A stretch of DNA of 64,000 nt, from NCBI RefSeq assembly GCF_000002075.1, contig NW_004797359.1, positions 326,347 through 390,346 of the forward strand, written 5' to 3'. The first letter of the stretch is position 1; each line of letters begins with the position of its first letter. The notes under the pieces were generated by a model. It was not told the DNA's origin, did no database searches, and saw nothing but the letters and a program-made list of their open reading frames with translations. The DNA is from Aplysia californica. Taxonomy: Eukaryota. Below, piece after piece: positions 1 to 11,800 of this stretch. The position numbers and the translations under genes are program-made.

Positions 1-470
1 GGGGGGGGGACTCAGCATTTGAAGTCCTGTCATTGTAAGAGAAATTTTGTGCTAAATGGTTTCGTGTTAAACAATGTCTGCTGTACTATACTACATGTGT
101 GTGTGTATACTGTATATTATTTTATGTCTAATTTCAAGTGTGATAAAAGCTTAGCCCTCACTCTCTCCACACAATACATTGTAGTATCTGCCACAGCAAA
201 TGGTTTGAGCAAAAACCTATATCTTAGCAGAACAGCCTTTTTATACACATTATACTGTACTTCGGACCAAAATAATAAATGTACAGTTAAAATTGTCCAA
301 GATGGCCACTCATTGTCAAAGAGAAAAATGGTTGTTGTAAACAGGTGGACTTCACAGAAAGCATCATCATAAAATACAAAAAAAAGTAATGAGGAAGTGG
401 GAAGTGATTGATTGTAAAGGTGATTGTCGTGGATAGGTGGCCGTTAAAGCAGGTTTGACTCTATTATTAC

Positions 471-568
471 CTGGCTGCCATTGACCGTGGCCATTCTTTG
501 TTGAGGATCTCAGCACAAGCATCAGTCAGGTGCTTGTCTTTGTGCAAGGCAAGAAGTTCAAAGGTCAT
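471..568 (-). CDS. NAA80: N-alpha-acetyltransferase 80 (actin N-terminal GNAT acetyltransferase), first recognisable coding exon; gene continues off the left edge
   Basis: Minus strand reads ...ctctttag|cacaATG (acceptor AG at 574-573) and translates MTFELLALHKDKHLTDACAEILNKEWPRSMAA(R), ending at gccag|gtaat (470). This resembles the recalled human NAA80/NAT6 segment LLDACADLINDQWPRSRTSR. Confidence 0.85.
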
Positions 569-1874
569 TGTGCTAAAGAGACAAAAAAAGACACAAGAAA
601 GAAAATGTATGACACATTTTATAATTTATGTTAATACAGCAAACCATAAACGTCCTCTCTCTCTCTCTCTCTCTCTCTCTGAGACATGACATAATACCAC
701 ATTCTCGTGGTGGACATGTAGGCCTACGCAGAAAATATCTACAAACTACAAATCTCACTTGCACACTCAAAGATTCAACCAACACACACACAAGCACACT
801 CACACAAACAGACTTATGTAAAAACAAACAAATACACACACAGACACACACACCCACACAAACAAATAAACAAAAGCATACACACACACACAAACATTAA
901 AAACTTAGCATACAAACATATCCATACACTCCTAAGCACATTCGCAAAGGCAAAAATTAAAATCTCAGTCATGATTTCCAAAAAATCAATACATCAGTGT
1001 TAGAAATACATACCCTGTACACACTGAACAAGTAATCATTAGTCTTTATTGTTTTGTTTTTTGGCAATTAATAAGAAATTTGATGTTGTATCATGCTCTT
1101 CAAGAAAGAAGCAAGGTCAGGTACTAAAGATTACTTGAGGTAATCATCAATGAGCCAAGAGTGCAGCCTGTTTTTACAAAAATTCATCTTTAAAAACAGC
1201 TGTTCACAGGAGTAAGGGCGATCCAGCATTGCAATCACATACTGGGCACAGGGAAATAATATGCCTACAGTAAGAAACTATGCTTTTGTTGCAACTGACA
1301 ATATAATAGAAGTCAGTGAGAACGGGAGAGAACTTGGAACTAATTTCTAAGCAGGTAGGCCTATGTGTAAACAAACTAGACACAACTATTTGCAATATGG
1401 GGAGATCTAGGTTGGTATGTTGGCATCTCATCATTAAATGATGCTAATGCTAACAATAACATTGGTCTCTGTTCGCCAGTCTAGGAGTGTCTTTTTGCAA
1501 TTATGAATGAAACAATACACGGTCAGTAAAAAAGCTCTCAGGCCAGATGATATTTACTAAGTAGAGGGACACTAGACTGGACAGTAACTCACATTAAGCC
1601 AGAACCAGCCTAAAGGCTGAAGGTAGCCGACCCTGGTATAGGCTAGGCAGGACTACTGAGTAGGCCTACTGATATTATTATCATTATTATTTTAGTGATT
1701 GTTGTTGACCACCTGCCAGTGCCAGCCAGTATTGAGTAGATCTGCAGTCTTCACAAAAAGTTATGAACCACTTGCAAAAGAGCACGCAAAATAAAAACCA
1801 GCAAATCAAATGATTCCTTCTTTGACATGACATTTCATTTATCAATCCATATGTGCAAAACAGATATTTCATCA

Positions 1875-3410
1875 CAGTCGAAACTAAAATGAGTAATTCC
1901 CAGAGTTCAAAAGGGACCCACCCTCAAAATCGAAAAACACAAAAGAAAGGGTCTCAAAAAGTCTCAGCAATATCTAAGAAAACGACCAGTTTAAGTTCAT
2001 GAATGTCAAAGGAGTTGTCAGAAGCGTGTGTGCCCAATATTTATGGCAAGGCAGTCAAGGTACCGCTAGTGCATAGAGTTGATGAGGTGTGCCAGAAAGG
2101 TCTGGGGAATGATGTTCCATTCTTGTTGCAGCCATCCAAGCAGCTGCTGTTGGTTGGTGGGCAAAGGGTGGTTCTCCCGAACTCTCCAACAAAGCTCAGC
2201 TCACAACTGTTCAATAGGATTGAGGTCTGGACTATTGGCTGACCAAACCATGCAGGTAATCCCCGCCTGCTGCATGAAGGCGTTGACTGCCCTGGACCTG
2301 TGCGACATGGCGTTCTCGTTCTGAAGGAAAAGAGAGGCGAAACCCAAATTGCCGTTTGCCCAGCCGCCATCATACTACCTTGAGGCCTCGCTCAGACGAC
2401 AGGACCACCAGCTTCTCTCCCAAATGAGAACTGTTGGAAAATCGCCCAAGCTGAGATCATATCTCCACAAAATTGCACCAGCAGACAACCCAGATCCATC
2501 CTGTCGAGCCTGCAAGGAAGACGAGACTATGGACCATGTGTTCCTGAGATGTCCCGTCAACTATCGTGCCGGAACTCGTCTGCTGAGACATTTCAGTAAC
2601 CTACTTTCAGCACTTCTCAAGGACCCTCAAGCAAGTGTTGAGTTCCTGCATGCTGTCGGCATCGCTGACCGTTTATTTTATGACGCCACAGCGCCAGAAG
2701 AGAGAGAGAGAGAGAGAAGGACAGCAGCAGGCCCAGTCTGCTGCAGCGCCGGGATGACCTGAGGTCGAAAGATCTCCTGCAGATACCACTGCCTTCTCAG
2801 GTTACCATCGAAATGGTAAATGGGGGTTCTGTGATGCCTGCTGATTCCCCCCCCCCCCACCAAACCATAATGATAAAGGAGCCGCCTCCAAACAGGACCA
2901 CTTCTTGAACTGTATTGGCAGCAAGCTGCTCCGGTGGATGCCTCCAGGTGCAAGTTCGGCCATCACTGGGTGTCAGACAAAGCTGAGATTCATCAGTGAA
3001 CAGGAGCTCTGTCCACTGGGCACACGTCCACCTCAGGTGTGCAGTGCACCAGATTTGACGGCTGGCTTGCTGGTTCTGGATTAGTTTAGGTTTCCTGACT
3101 GGACGACCCGCACAAAGGTTAACGTCATGAAGGCGATTACGTATTGTCTGCGAACAGACTGTGGTGTTGGTGGCAGCTCACAGACGTCGCCTGATGACAC
3201 TGGCAGAGCTAGTCCGCTGCTGTATGGCTTGGTGTTAGATGTAGCGATTCTCTCTTGCTGTCGTTTTCTTGAGACAACCCGAGCCACACTGTTCCTGGAC
3301 TCTTCCTGTCACTGCGAACCGCTGCCTCAGCTGTATGATGGTGGAGTGTGACATCTGAAGTCTGCCTGACACTTCGCGTACGCCAACTCCATCCTGCAGC
3401 CAGCAATTGC
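1875..3410 (-). mobile_element. Decayed Tc1-family transposon, split by a LINE fragment
   Basis: Minus-strand fragments GGISRHHRTPIYHFDGNL..YLQEI.RPQVIP, QNENA.SHRSRAV and SPDLNPIEQL (Tc1 DDE motifs), with stops and frameshifts; CAGTCG terminus near 1875. Confidence 0.8.
2329..2715 (+). mobile_element. 5'-truncated non-LTR retrotransposon 3' end inserted in the Tc1 remnant
   Basis: C-terminal zinc knuckle CRAC..ETMDHVFLRCP; (GA)n tail; GAAGGA duplicated at 2323-2328 and 2716-2721. Confidence 0.8.
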
Positions 3411-4226
3411 CCGGGTCGGTATTTTTTTACTTTGCCTCCCGTCTCACACTTAGCTACCAGTTGTCCATTTTCTACTAAATATTGAGGCGCTGAACACGAA
3501 TATCAACTTCATTTCCGTAGCAAATTAATAGTTTTTGAAATATTTGATTGTTCGTAATAGAGATAGATTAAGAAGTGCTTTGGACCAATTGGGGGGTTCC
3601 AGGGGGGCCTGCCCACTGGGGTAAAAGAAAATCTGGGGGGTTAAAGGGGATTCCCCCCTGTTTTAACCCATAATTTTAAATTTTACAGTCAGATTTGAAA
3701 TTTTCCAGAAAATAATTGATTTGCAACAGTTTTATTGGCTTTTTGTGTGATCTGCAGCAAACAGAACAGCAGTTTGACCCCCGAAGTAGTCCATCTGTGA
3801 GTGGGTGTGAAAGTAAAAATTTACCCCTGCGTCCTGTCAAAGTTGTTCAACTTTTGTCGTGGTCGCATGTGGCCTGGCGCTGTAATACTGTAAAACAGAG
3901 CTGAAACGGCGGTAAAACAATTGAGCACAGTTCATAGCCAGAGGTGCATTCTTCCACTTGCATCTCATTTTTGCCGTGCAGGAAGCTCCACATATCGCTC
4001 ACTGACGTTTGAAACTCGGTCCAGTTTTGCCGAAATTACAGATTTTCTCACGCGTCAAGCATGCCGCAAACGTACCACCCATACAGTGATAGTGAATCAC
4101 TATTGACCCCTTAGCCTTGCTCTCCAATTTTACTAGATAAATCTGATTACTTTTAAAAAAATGATTTTTTGAAAACAATACTTACCTGACTGGTCCCTAT
4201 TTGTACTGAGTATAGATTCTAGTAAC

Positions 4227-4591
4227 GAAGTGTATACAGACCCGGTAACCGGGAACAAAATCACAAAGTATACAGACCCGGTAGGGGAACTCTTTTGTTA
4301 TGTCGGAAAGTTTCNNNNNNNNNNNNNNNNNNNNNNNNNNNNNNNNNNNNNNNNNNNNNNNNNNNNNNNNNNNNNNNNNNNNNNNNNNNNNNNNNNNNNN
4401 NNNNNNNNNNNNNNNNNNNNNNNNNNNNNNNNNNNNNNNNNNNNNNNNNNNNNNNNNNNNNNNNNNCAAAATGCATATGACATGCCCCAGTTTACAGGAG
4501 GGAACGAGAGACAGATAGAGTGGGAAATAGGTGGGGAGAAAGAAAGACAGAGACAAACAAAGGAAAAGAGAATGTGAGCGATACACAGAGA

Positions 4592-4659
<68 letters not shown>

Positions 4660-4996
4660 AGAGAGAGAGACAGAGAGAGCGTGACTGCTCGATTGAAATT
4701 ATGACATTGTTCTTTTCTTCAAATTGTGATTCCTCCAACTCCAAAAAACGGAGGAAAAAACGATGGTTCATCGAAAAGACATTCGCAATTTTCATTTAAA
4801 TCTAGATATCTAGATCTAGATCTAGGCTAACCTCGAAACTAGATCAATGACTTATGTCTGACCTAGGCCATAGATCTAGAAGAACCTAAGTCTACCCTGA
4901 GCCAAGAGAGAACTTTCCGAAATCACAAATGAGTTCGCCTACCGGGTCTGTATACTTTGTGACTTTGTTCCCGGTTACCGGGTCTGTATACACTCC
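4227..4996. mobile_element. MITE with long (about 90 bp) terminal inverted repeats
   Basis: GTGTATACAGACCCGGTAACCGGGAACAAA... at 4230 is mirrored at about 4910-4996; the interior holds a gap and (GA)n. Confidence 0.75.
4586..4679. repeat. (GA)n microsatellite
   Basis: Seen directly; other (GA)n/(CT)n tracts at 654-680, 46490-46538, 46663-46690, 47349-47382 and 48844-48868. Confidence 0.95.
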
Positions 4997-5689
4997 CTTC
5001 TAGAATCTAGTAACTTACAAGTTACTAACAAACTTTTAACAAGGCAAGGAAACACCTGACAAACCAATACACACCTATGTCATTCCTTAACTGCACAAGC
5101 AACCAGATCTGTAAAAAAAAAAAAATCTATAGTGCGAGGGATCCCCAATCTTTAGACTTAGATCTAGTCAGTAACAAGTTTTAACAACAAGATAAAGTCA
5201 AAGATAAGGTATTTCCAAGGTAGACCCCTTATTAGGAAATAGTTGTTGTTTACACCGGTTACTTCAGTAAATGTCAAATTGTGCACCGTAGAAATGCACA
5301 AAATACACCAGTGTTGAAAATATCATATTTTTGTACTGTTCGATACCATTTGAAGACAAAACTATTTTTGATGAACTATTATTATTTATTTAGAGAAATA
5401 ATATATTCCTGGTATGAATGATACACTTAGTAGATCAAAATACTTTTAATTGTTTTGGGAACAGCTAGGACTTTTTTTGTAGATCATACAGAATTCTTAA
5501 AATCTGTCACTAAAAAAAAATAAAAAAAATAAACATAATTTCTTTTCCCCCTAAAACTCTTAAAGTAAATGCTCCTTTCAAACTGAAAAAAAATCTGTTT
5601 TTGAACCTTTATCTTTCCAAGTGAAGCCTTCAAACTAAACTTTCTTATAGGCCTAGTAATGCACTAAGAAAATTGACAGGATTTTAATT

Positions 5690-5792
5690 ATGCGAATTTT
5701 TATTTTCCATATTCCGGCGGTGTTCTCGTTGCATTTCGGATTTATATTTTTTCGCAACTTTCTAATTTGTCTTCAGTCTTCATTTCTCAAGC
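5690..5792 (+). promoter_or_regulatory. Putative TRMT6 core promoter / 5' UTR, possibly shared with divergent NAA80
   Basis: CpG cluster (ttccggcgg, tttcgga, ttcgcaa) directly upstream of ATG 5793. Confidence 0.4.
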
Positions 5793-5875
5793 ATGTCGTC
5801 AGGCATTCAGGAAGGGGACCATGTCCTTTTTAGAAGGGAAAGATCGTCTAGGGTCTTTCATATTCGTAAAAACAG
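5793..5875 (+). CDS. TRMT6: TRMT6 exon 1 (MSSGIQEGDHVLFRRERSSRVFHIRKN)
   Basis: ATG at 5793; donor AG|gtaaa; phase 2; resembles human IRDGDFVVLKRE. Confidence 0.85.
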
Positions 5876-8800
5876 GTAAACTAAATAATTTATTAGACTT
5901 TTCAAAAAATTAATTAAATGTCAACCAAGCCATTTCAGTCATCCAATGCCCCAACGTCAGTAGTTTCAGCAGACGAAGTCAAGAAAGCTAGATTCTAACT
6001 CAGTAGGCCTAGAATGTCTACAGCCTACATGCCAAAGCCAAACTATTATAAAAAATAGAATTAGAATCTAGATCTAGAATCTAGATCTAGAAAAATATAG
6101 ATTGTAGTTTTATATAATAAAATGGCCACCTCTATTCTCACCCGGAGTGAGAATAGTGCAGGCGAGTCTTGTGGCTATTCTCACCCGGTGCGCGTTCACC
6201 AAATTTTGCGTTCACCCTAAACCACAGAATTCTACACTGTCATAACAGAAAAATTGTAGAATTCTGTGCCGTGAACAAACGTTCCATTACAACTGTAGCC
6301 TACTAAAAGCGTACAATTTTGTCTGTGGGCAGTGGAGAGAGAGAGAGAAAGAGAGAGAGGAGTAGCGCGAGAATTTCCGGGCAAAACAAAATGGCGACCC
6401 GCGTAGTTCGGCTCGATTCGAAAAGTTAAATAGCCGTAGCATCTTTGTAGACAACCAAATTAATTTACTTTTGTGTTTTAACATCATTTTTAAACTTTGT
6501 TTTGGTCAATTTGATCGTCCACACCGATAGACAGTATTCAGAAAGAGACAGAGAGAGAGAAGAGGGGAAGAGTTGATCTTGCGAGAACTTCCGGGCGGGT
6601 GAGAATAGCCACTTTCAATAAAATAGACGGACGGATTTAACTTTGGTGGACCCACCGTGTCTACCTGTATTAATGCGCACTAGCCATAAACAACAGGGGG
6701 ATGTATCAGGTTTGGCTTGCGCCCCTGTTAGTGGGGGGTTTCACTTTCAGCGGGGCTTGTTTCCCTGGCAACAACAATAATTTTTAAAAACAAACATAGG
6801 CTAGGCCTAAATGCAAAACAATAATATAAGAGTGGAGCATTGTATGGCATTGCACAGCGAGGCTCAAAAGTAGTTCCGGCTTCGTTCAGTGTTGGAAGTG
6901 CCTTTTTGCAACACTGCGTTGCGATTAGCGCCAGTGCTAAAAATAAAGCACTGTGTGTTAAATGAAGTATTATGAAGCTTAATCTACCTTTCGTTGATGG
7001 AAGTTCTAATGGCCGAAGGCCGAACCATTATTTTATGAGCGTGGGTTCAAATCCGGTCCTGGAAGTTTTTTGGGGTTTTTTTGGGTCCTCTTCTTGACTG
7101 ACCTACAAATTGTTCCCATAAAATAATTATAACTTGTAGTTTTTTTTATCTAGTCATTATGGTTTGTCCCCAAGAGGAGCTCTGTACAAAGTGGGCCTTA
7201 GTATAGCCTATACTTTTCCAAAATTACCAATTTAGGCCTGGTTAAAGTTCAATAGTGGCTTTCCTTGGTCTGTTAGTCTAATTTTTTATTTTTTTTAAAT
7301 TTTAGGCTCAGGAGAAGAAAAAAAAGATATTCCGGGACCGGGATTCGATGCCACGCTTGGAAGCACTGAACGCTAGACTTAGAGAACGTAGACAGCTTGT
7401 ATACGTTCTCCAGACCTAACTTAAAGATATTTTTAGGTAGATCTATTGTATGACGACACTACGGACAGGAAATACTGACCGAGTTGCACCGTCTTGATAT
7501 TGTTATCCAAGCGTCTTTCGACTTACTTGCTCGAACTCAAACTCAAATGAATAAAGGATTATGAGACGTGAACAAGACTACACGTCTAGTCTACTTATTT
7601 GTGCAAATAATTTCAGAAACAATTGTTAAATCTAATCTAAATCTCTAGATCTAGTCTACCCAATATTGATCGGAATAAGACGACATAATAAAGAAGGAGT
7701 CAAATCCTAGGAGGTTTATAAAAAAACTGAGAAAGCTTCCACAATTCAGGCAGAACTACATTATTACATTAGAAACGGTGGCTACTAGATCTAGATCTAG
7801 TACTGGCGTTTCAAATAGCTTGGGAGCTATTCAGAAAGCGGCGTTTCAAATAGCACGGGAGCTATTCAGAATGCGGCATTGCAAATAGCACCTCTCCCTT
7901 CAGTGTTGGGTTCACCAAAGTTCAATCTTACCTTTTTCTTCATGCGTGGCAGCAATGGTCCGCTCGTTTTGCATTTAATTTACACGCAGTGACTATTTCT
8001 CCTTATGCTCGGGGAAATAAAGTTGACCTCTATTTCTCCGAATGGTTTCCGTTCTCGAGATTTTTTTGGTTATTTGAGACTATTTCGGCATCATCTTTCA
8101 TTCTGCAAGGACTGGGGGGAAGCATTTTTTTAATCGAATTTAATTTCTAGAGCTAGAGATTTTTAAATGTCTGAATATTCAGGTACTTCAATTGTGGTTA
8201 GGGCAACGTTCCCGGAAACTTCTTTTGAAAATGCCTTAAATAAAAGGTACTGCGAGAAAACAAGACTGCTCGACTTTGGCAGTAACCTATTTTGCATTTA
8301 GTCACCCTTAAAGCAAAAACTAAAATCCTTCAAACTTCATGTAAACAAAAAAAAAAGCCTTCACGCGCCCCCCCCCAACCCGTTCACACCTTACACACTC
8401 ACACACGGGCCCCTCCATTCGCAAATAGCCAACAAATCTCGAGAACATAAACCGTTCGGAGAAATAGAGTTCAAGTTCATTTTCCCGAGCGTGCAGAGAA
8501 ATAGAGCCAGCCTCTAATTTTATTTTATTTTTTAAATTAAATATTGTTGCCAGGACGAACTGTTGTAATTAGCGACCACCCCAACAAACACAATAAAGAA
8601 GATACCTTACGCTATTCCTCATGACCTGTTATTCTCACCCCCACCTCGGTGTGGACATGAGGCGAGGACTTCCCCCTGACTTCTCGCAAGCCACTAAAAT
8701 CACCATGGCCCTAGGTAGCTTACCCCATGTGGTTGGGAAATGACTCATGAGTGCTTGGAGCTTGTTTCCTCATGTAGGACTACAAATTGCCGTTACCACA

Positions 8801-11800
8801 GACTTAATTTTTTAAATAGATAATCTAATAGCTTTCTTAAAATTAGGCTATAATTGTGAGGACCGGTAGTTATAAGATGCATTCTACTCTTGATATTTCT
8901 CCTTGTGTAATCATCTAGATTCTAGTTCTAGTGTAGGTCGTTTTTGTTTGGGTTTTTTTTGTTTTTTTAGGTTGATTTTATTTTCCACACTTTTGCTGTT
9001 TATGGTGTGAAATTGCCTTCACCCAGTCCATTAAATAAACTACACCTGAAACTTATCTCTACAACTTATAAATTATTCTCTGTGCTGTTCTGTGTGCATC
9101 TGTCCTACTGTGTAGCACAGCTGAGGGGGGTGAGAATAGCAAGACTCAGGGGCTGTTTTTATTAAAAAGACAATCAGGCATTGTGACCATGCAAGAATAG
9201 CAAGTGATCATACAATGAAAAAAACCACTTTACTGATTGACTGGCCCTGCAAAGCTCATGTTCATGTCATACCCAAAAACGTAAAGTTTAAGTCTTCGTA
9301 TGTAGCATGTTGCCTTCCTTCTCAGCTTAACCTCTTTAGTCCCTTTCCTCTCATCTCAACCCACTAAAAGTAGGATAAAGCAGCTCAGAGAGTGTTTATT
9401 GCAAATACCTCAATCTGTGTTCTCGAGGACGTTTTTATTTTTAGATCATGGGTTCATAGATGTACAAATTATAAAGAAATCATTCAATATAGTCAAAGCA
9501 GGTTCTTATGTGATCTGGGGTCTTCAGAATGTTCTTGGGTAGAGACCACAATGTGAATATTTCATTCTGTTGAGTAGGGAGTTCTGAATTTATTGATGAA
9601 CTTATAATTGTTCAGATCGTCAAACTGATGCCTCACCTATGTAACCTTTGGGGGTTTTTTATTTTGCAGACAGGTGTATTTCGAAAAGACAAAGTTCAGT
9701 GTGGAGGAGTTGATTGGTCAACCGTATGGGTCAACATTTGAAATCGACAGAGGGAAGCTAATCAAAGTTGAAACAAACAGGAAATTGGAGCTTGAAACTG
9801 GAGAAGCAGGTTTGAATACAGGAAAAGGATGTGTTTAACAAGTTAAAACATAAAGTACACTCTGAATTTTTTAAATTATATTGTTGTCAGTGTGATGTTC
9901 ATTAATTTTCAGCTGCACTAAGATACACTGATATTTGTACTATTTTACATCGTTCAAAATTCAATGTTCTTTTTACATAGATATTTCATATATATGTGAT
10001 GGTTTATAGTTTACAGTATATATATATACAGTCAAACCTGCCCTGATGACCACCTCTATAAGACGGCCACCTGTACGAACGGCCACTTTCCATTTCCCCC
10101 CTTGCATTTTTTCTATATAATTTAACTGTGTAAAACGGGCACCTGTCCAACACGGCCGCGGCCACCATAATTTAATACACAACCCCTATCACACTAAGCA
10201 ATAACACCTGTCTTAGGCGGCCACCTTAGTGACTCCATTACATTTTGTCATAAATTGTGCATTGGCCCCTGGCGTTGTGGGCGAGCCTTCATAATTCAAT
10301 CACCTGTTGTTGTTGTTGTTAGGTTGCGTAGGCCCCTCCCACTGTTGACCAATAGCTACCAATTTTCAGCTGCTGGTGAGGTAAGCGTGTGATCCCTCAT
10401 AAACCCATAAGCCCCGTCCAGAACTCAAACACAAATCGTAAGTGAGATGAGTGGTCACTGTTTATCCAGTCTGTAACAAAGTAACATTGGATGTCAACAT
10501 GAACTTGTGACAGAAGCGTCGCTCATTCTCCGTGTGGTGGCGACCCTTGTGTTTGTTTTAACATTGCACTCGGTCTTCCTTGTCTGATACATTTCGTTTT
10601 ATTGTCACCCTTGTGCAAAATCAGCAACAAAATAAAAATTACAAACAAAATACACACCAACAACAACAACAACAAAACAACAACAACAGTGCGGCTACTT
10701 TCGATTAGGACCTCAGATGGGAATGGTTTGTTTTCTTCATCTGTATCAGTCCTGCTTAAGACGGCCACCTGTCTTATACGGCCACTTTTCTCCTTGACAA
10801 TGGGTGGCCGTCTTACACAGGTTTGACTGTATTTAAAAGGATACAATGGAATATTCAAACTTGCATTGTTTTCTGTTCTTATGTTGCCAATGTCATCATT
10901 TTCCATAACAAGCTGCCCCAAGTGCTGACAACCGGAATCTCCTTGACCTGGACAGCAATCAAAAGATGTCAAAAGATGACATCATGAAGTTAAAAGAAGA
11001 GGGAATCACAGGGAAAGTAAGTGATCATTATTTGTTAAATAATTAGAATAGTTTCAAATTTTGGTTTGATTTTTTTAAAACAAAGGAAAGAAATGAAGCA
11101 AAAATGTGTAAATACTGTCTTCACATAGGTGCAGTAAAGTATGCGTGACCAGAGACTCAAGTTTTGAAAATTTAGTTGGGTTGAGTGCTTCTGCTTGAGA
11201 ATTGTTATATATAAATGACATTTGTTGCATACAAAATCTCACTGTTCTGTTGCCAAAAGACTCTTAAAGATTATGAAAACAGCTGTATGTTAAGTGTCTG
11301 GTAACTCTTGAGTATGCAAAAGGTTATTCAACATAATTTGTACACAGCAATTTCTGTACTCGAATATTTTCATCCAATTTTCAATACATCCATCGTAAAT
11401 TTTCAGTGCTGGTCCACTTGATGGTCCACTGTTCTTCTTCTTCTTCCTTGTTCTCGATGACAGCAGCTAGACAGTCAGTCCGATGTCACGTACAAACTGT
11501 GTTGTTCGCTTCAACTCTGAAAGACTGCCATAGAGTTTTCTCTCAAGGGGAGCCACATTCTGCCACCTCTGTGCGCTAAGGGTGGTGTAGCGCGGGCAGT
11601 GCTGAAGGAAATGGTTGGCATCCTCTTGGTCATGTCCACATTCACAGATCGCTGTTTCTCCCACTTTTAATTTGGTGTGCATATGGTGTTTGAGTCTGTT
11701 GTGGCCACAACAGAGTGTAAAGATTGTGACCTGGTCTGCTCTATTTAGTATGTAGTAGGGGTCATGTCTGTTGTGCTTAGGGTGGGGCCTTTTCCATCTG

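Noticed and set aside
7805-7890. CRISPR-like 35-bp repeats with an internal hairpin
   Set aside because: Units are contiguous with no unique spacers, there are no cas genes, and the context is a eukaryotic intron.
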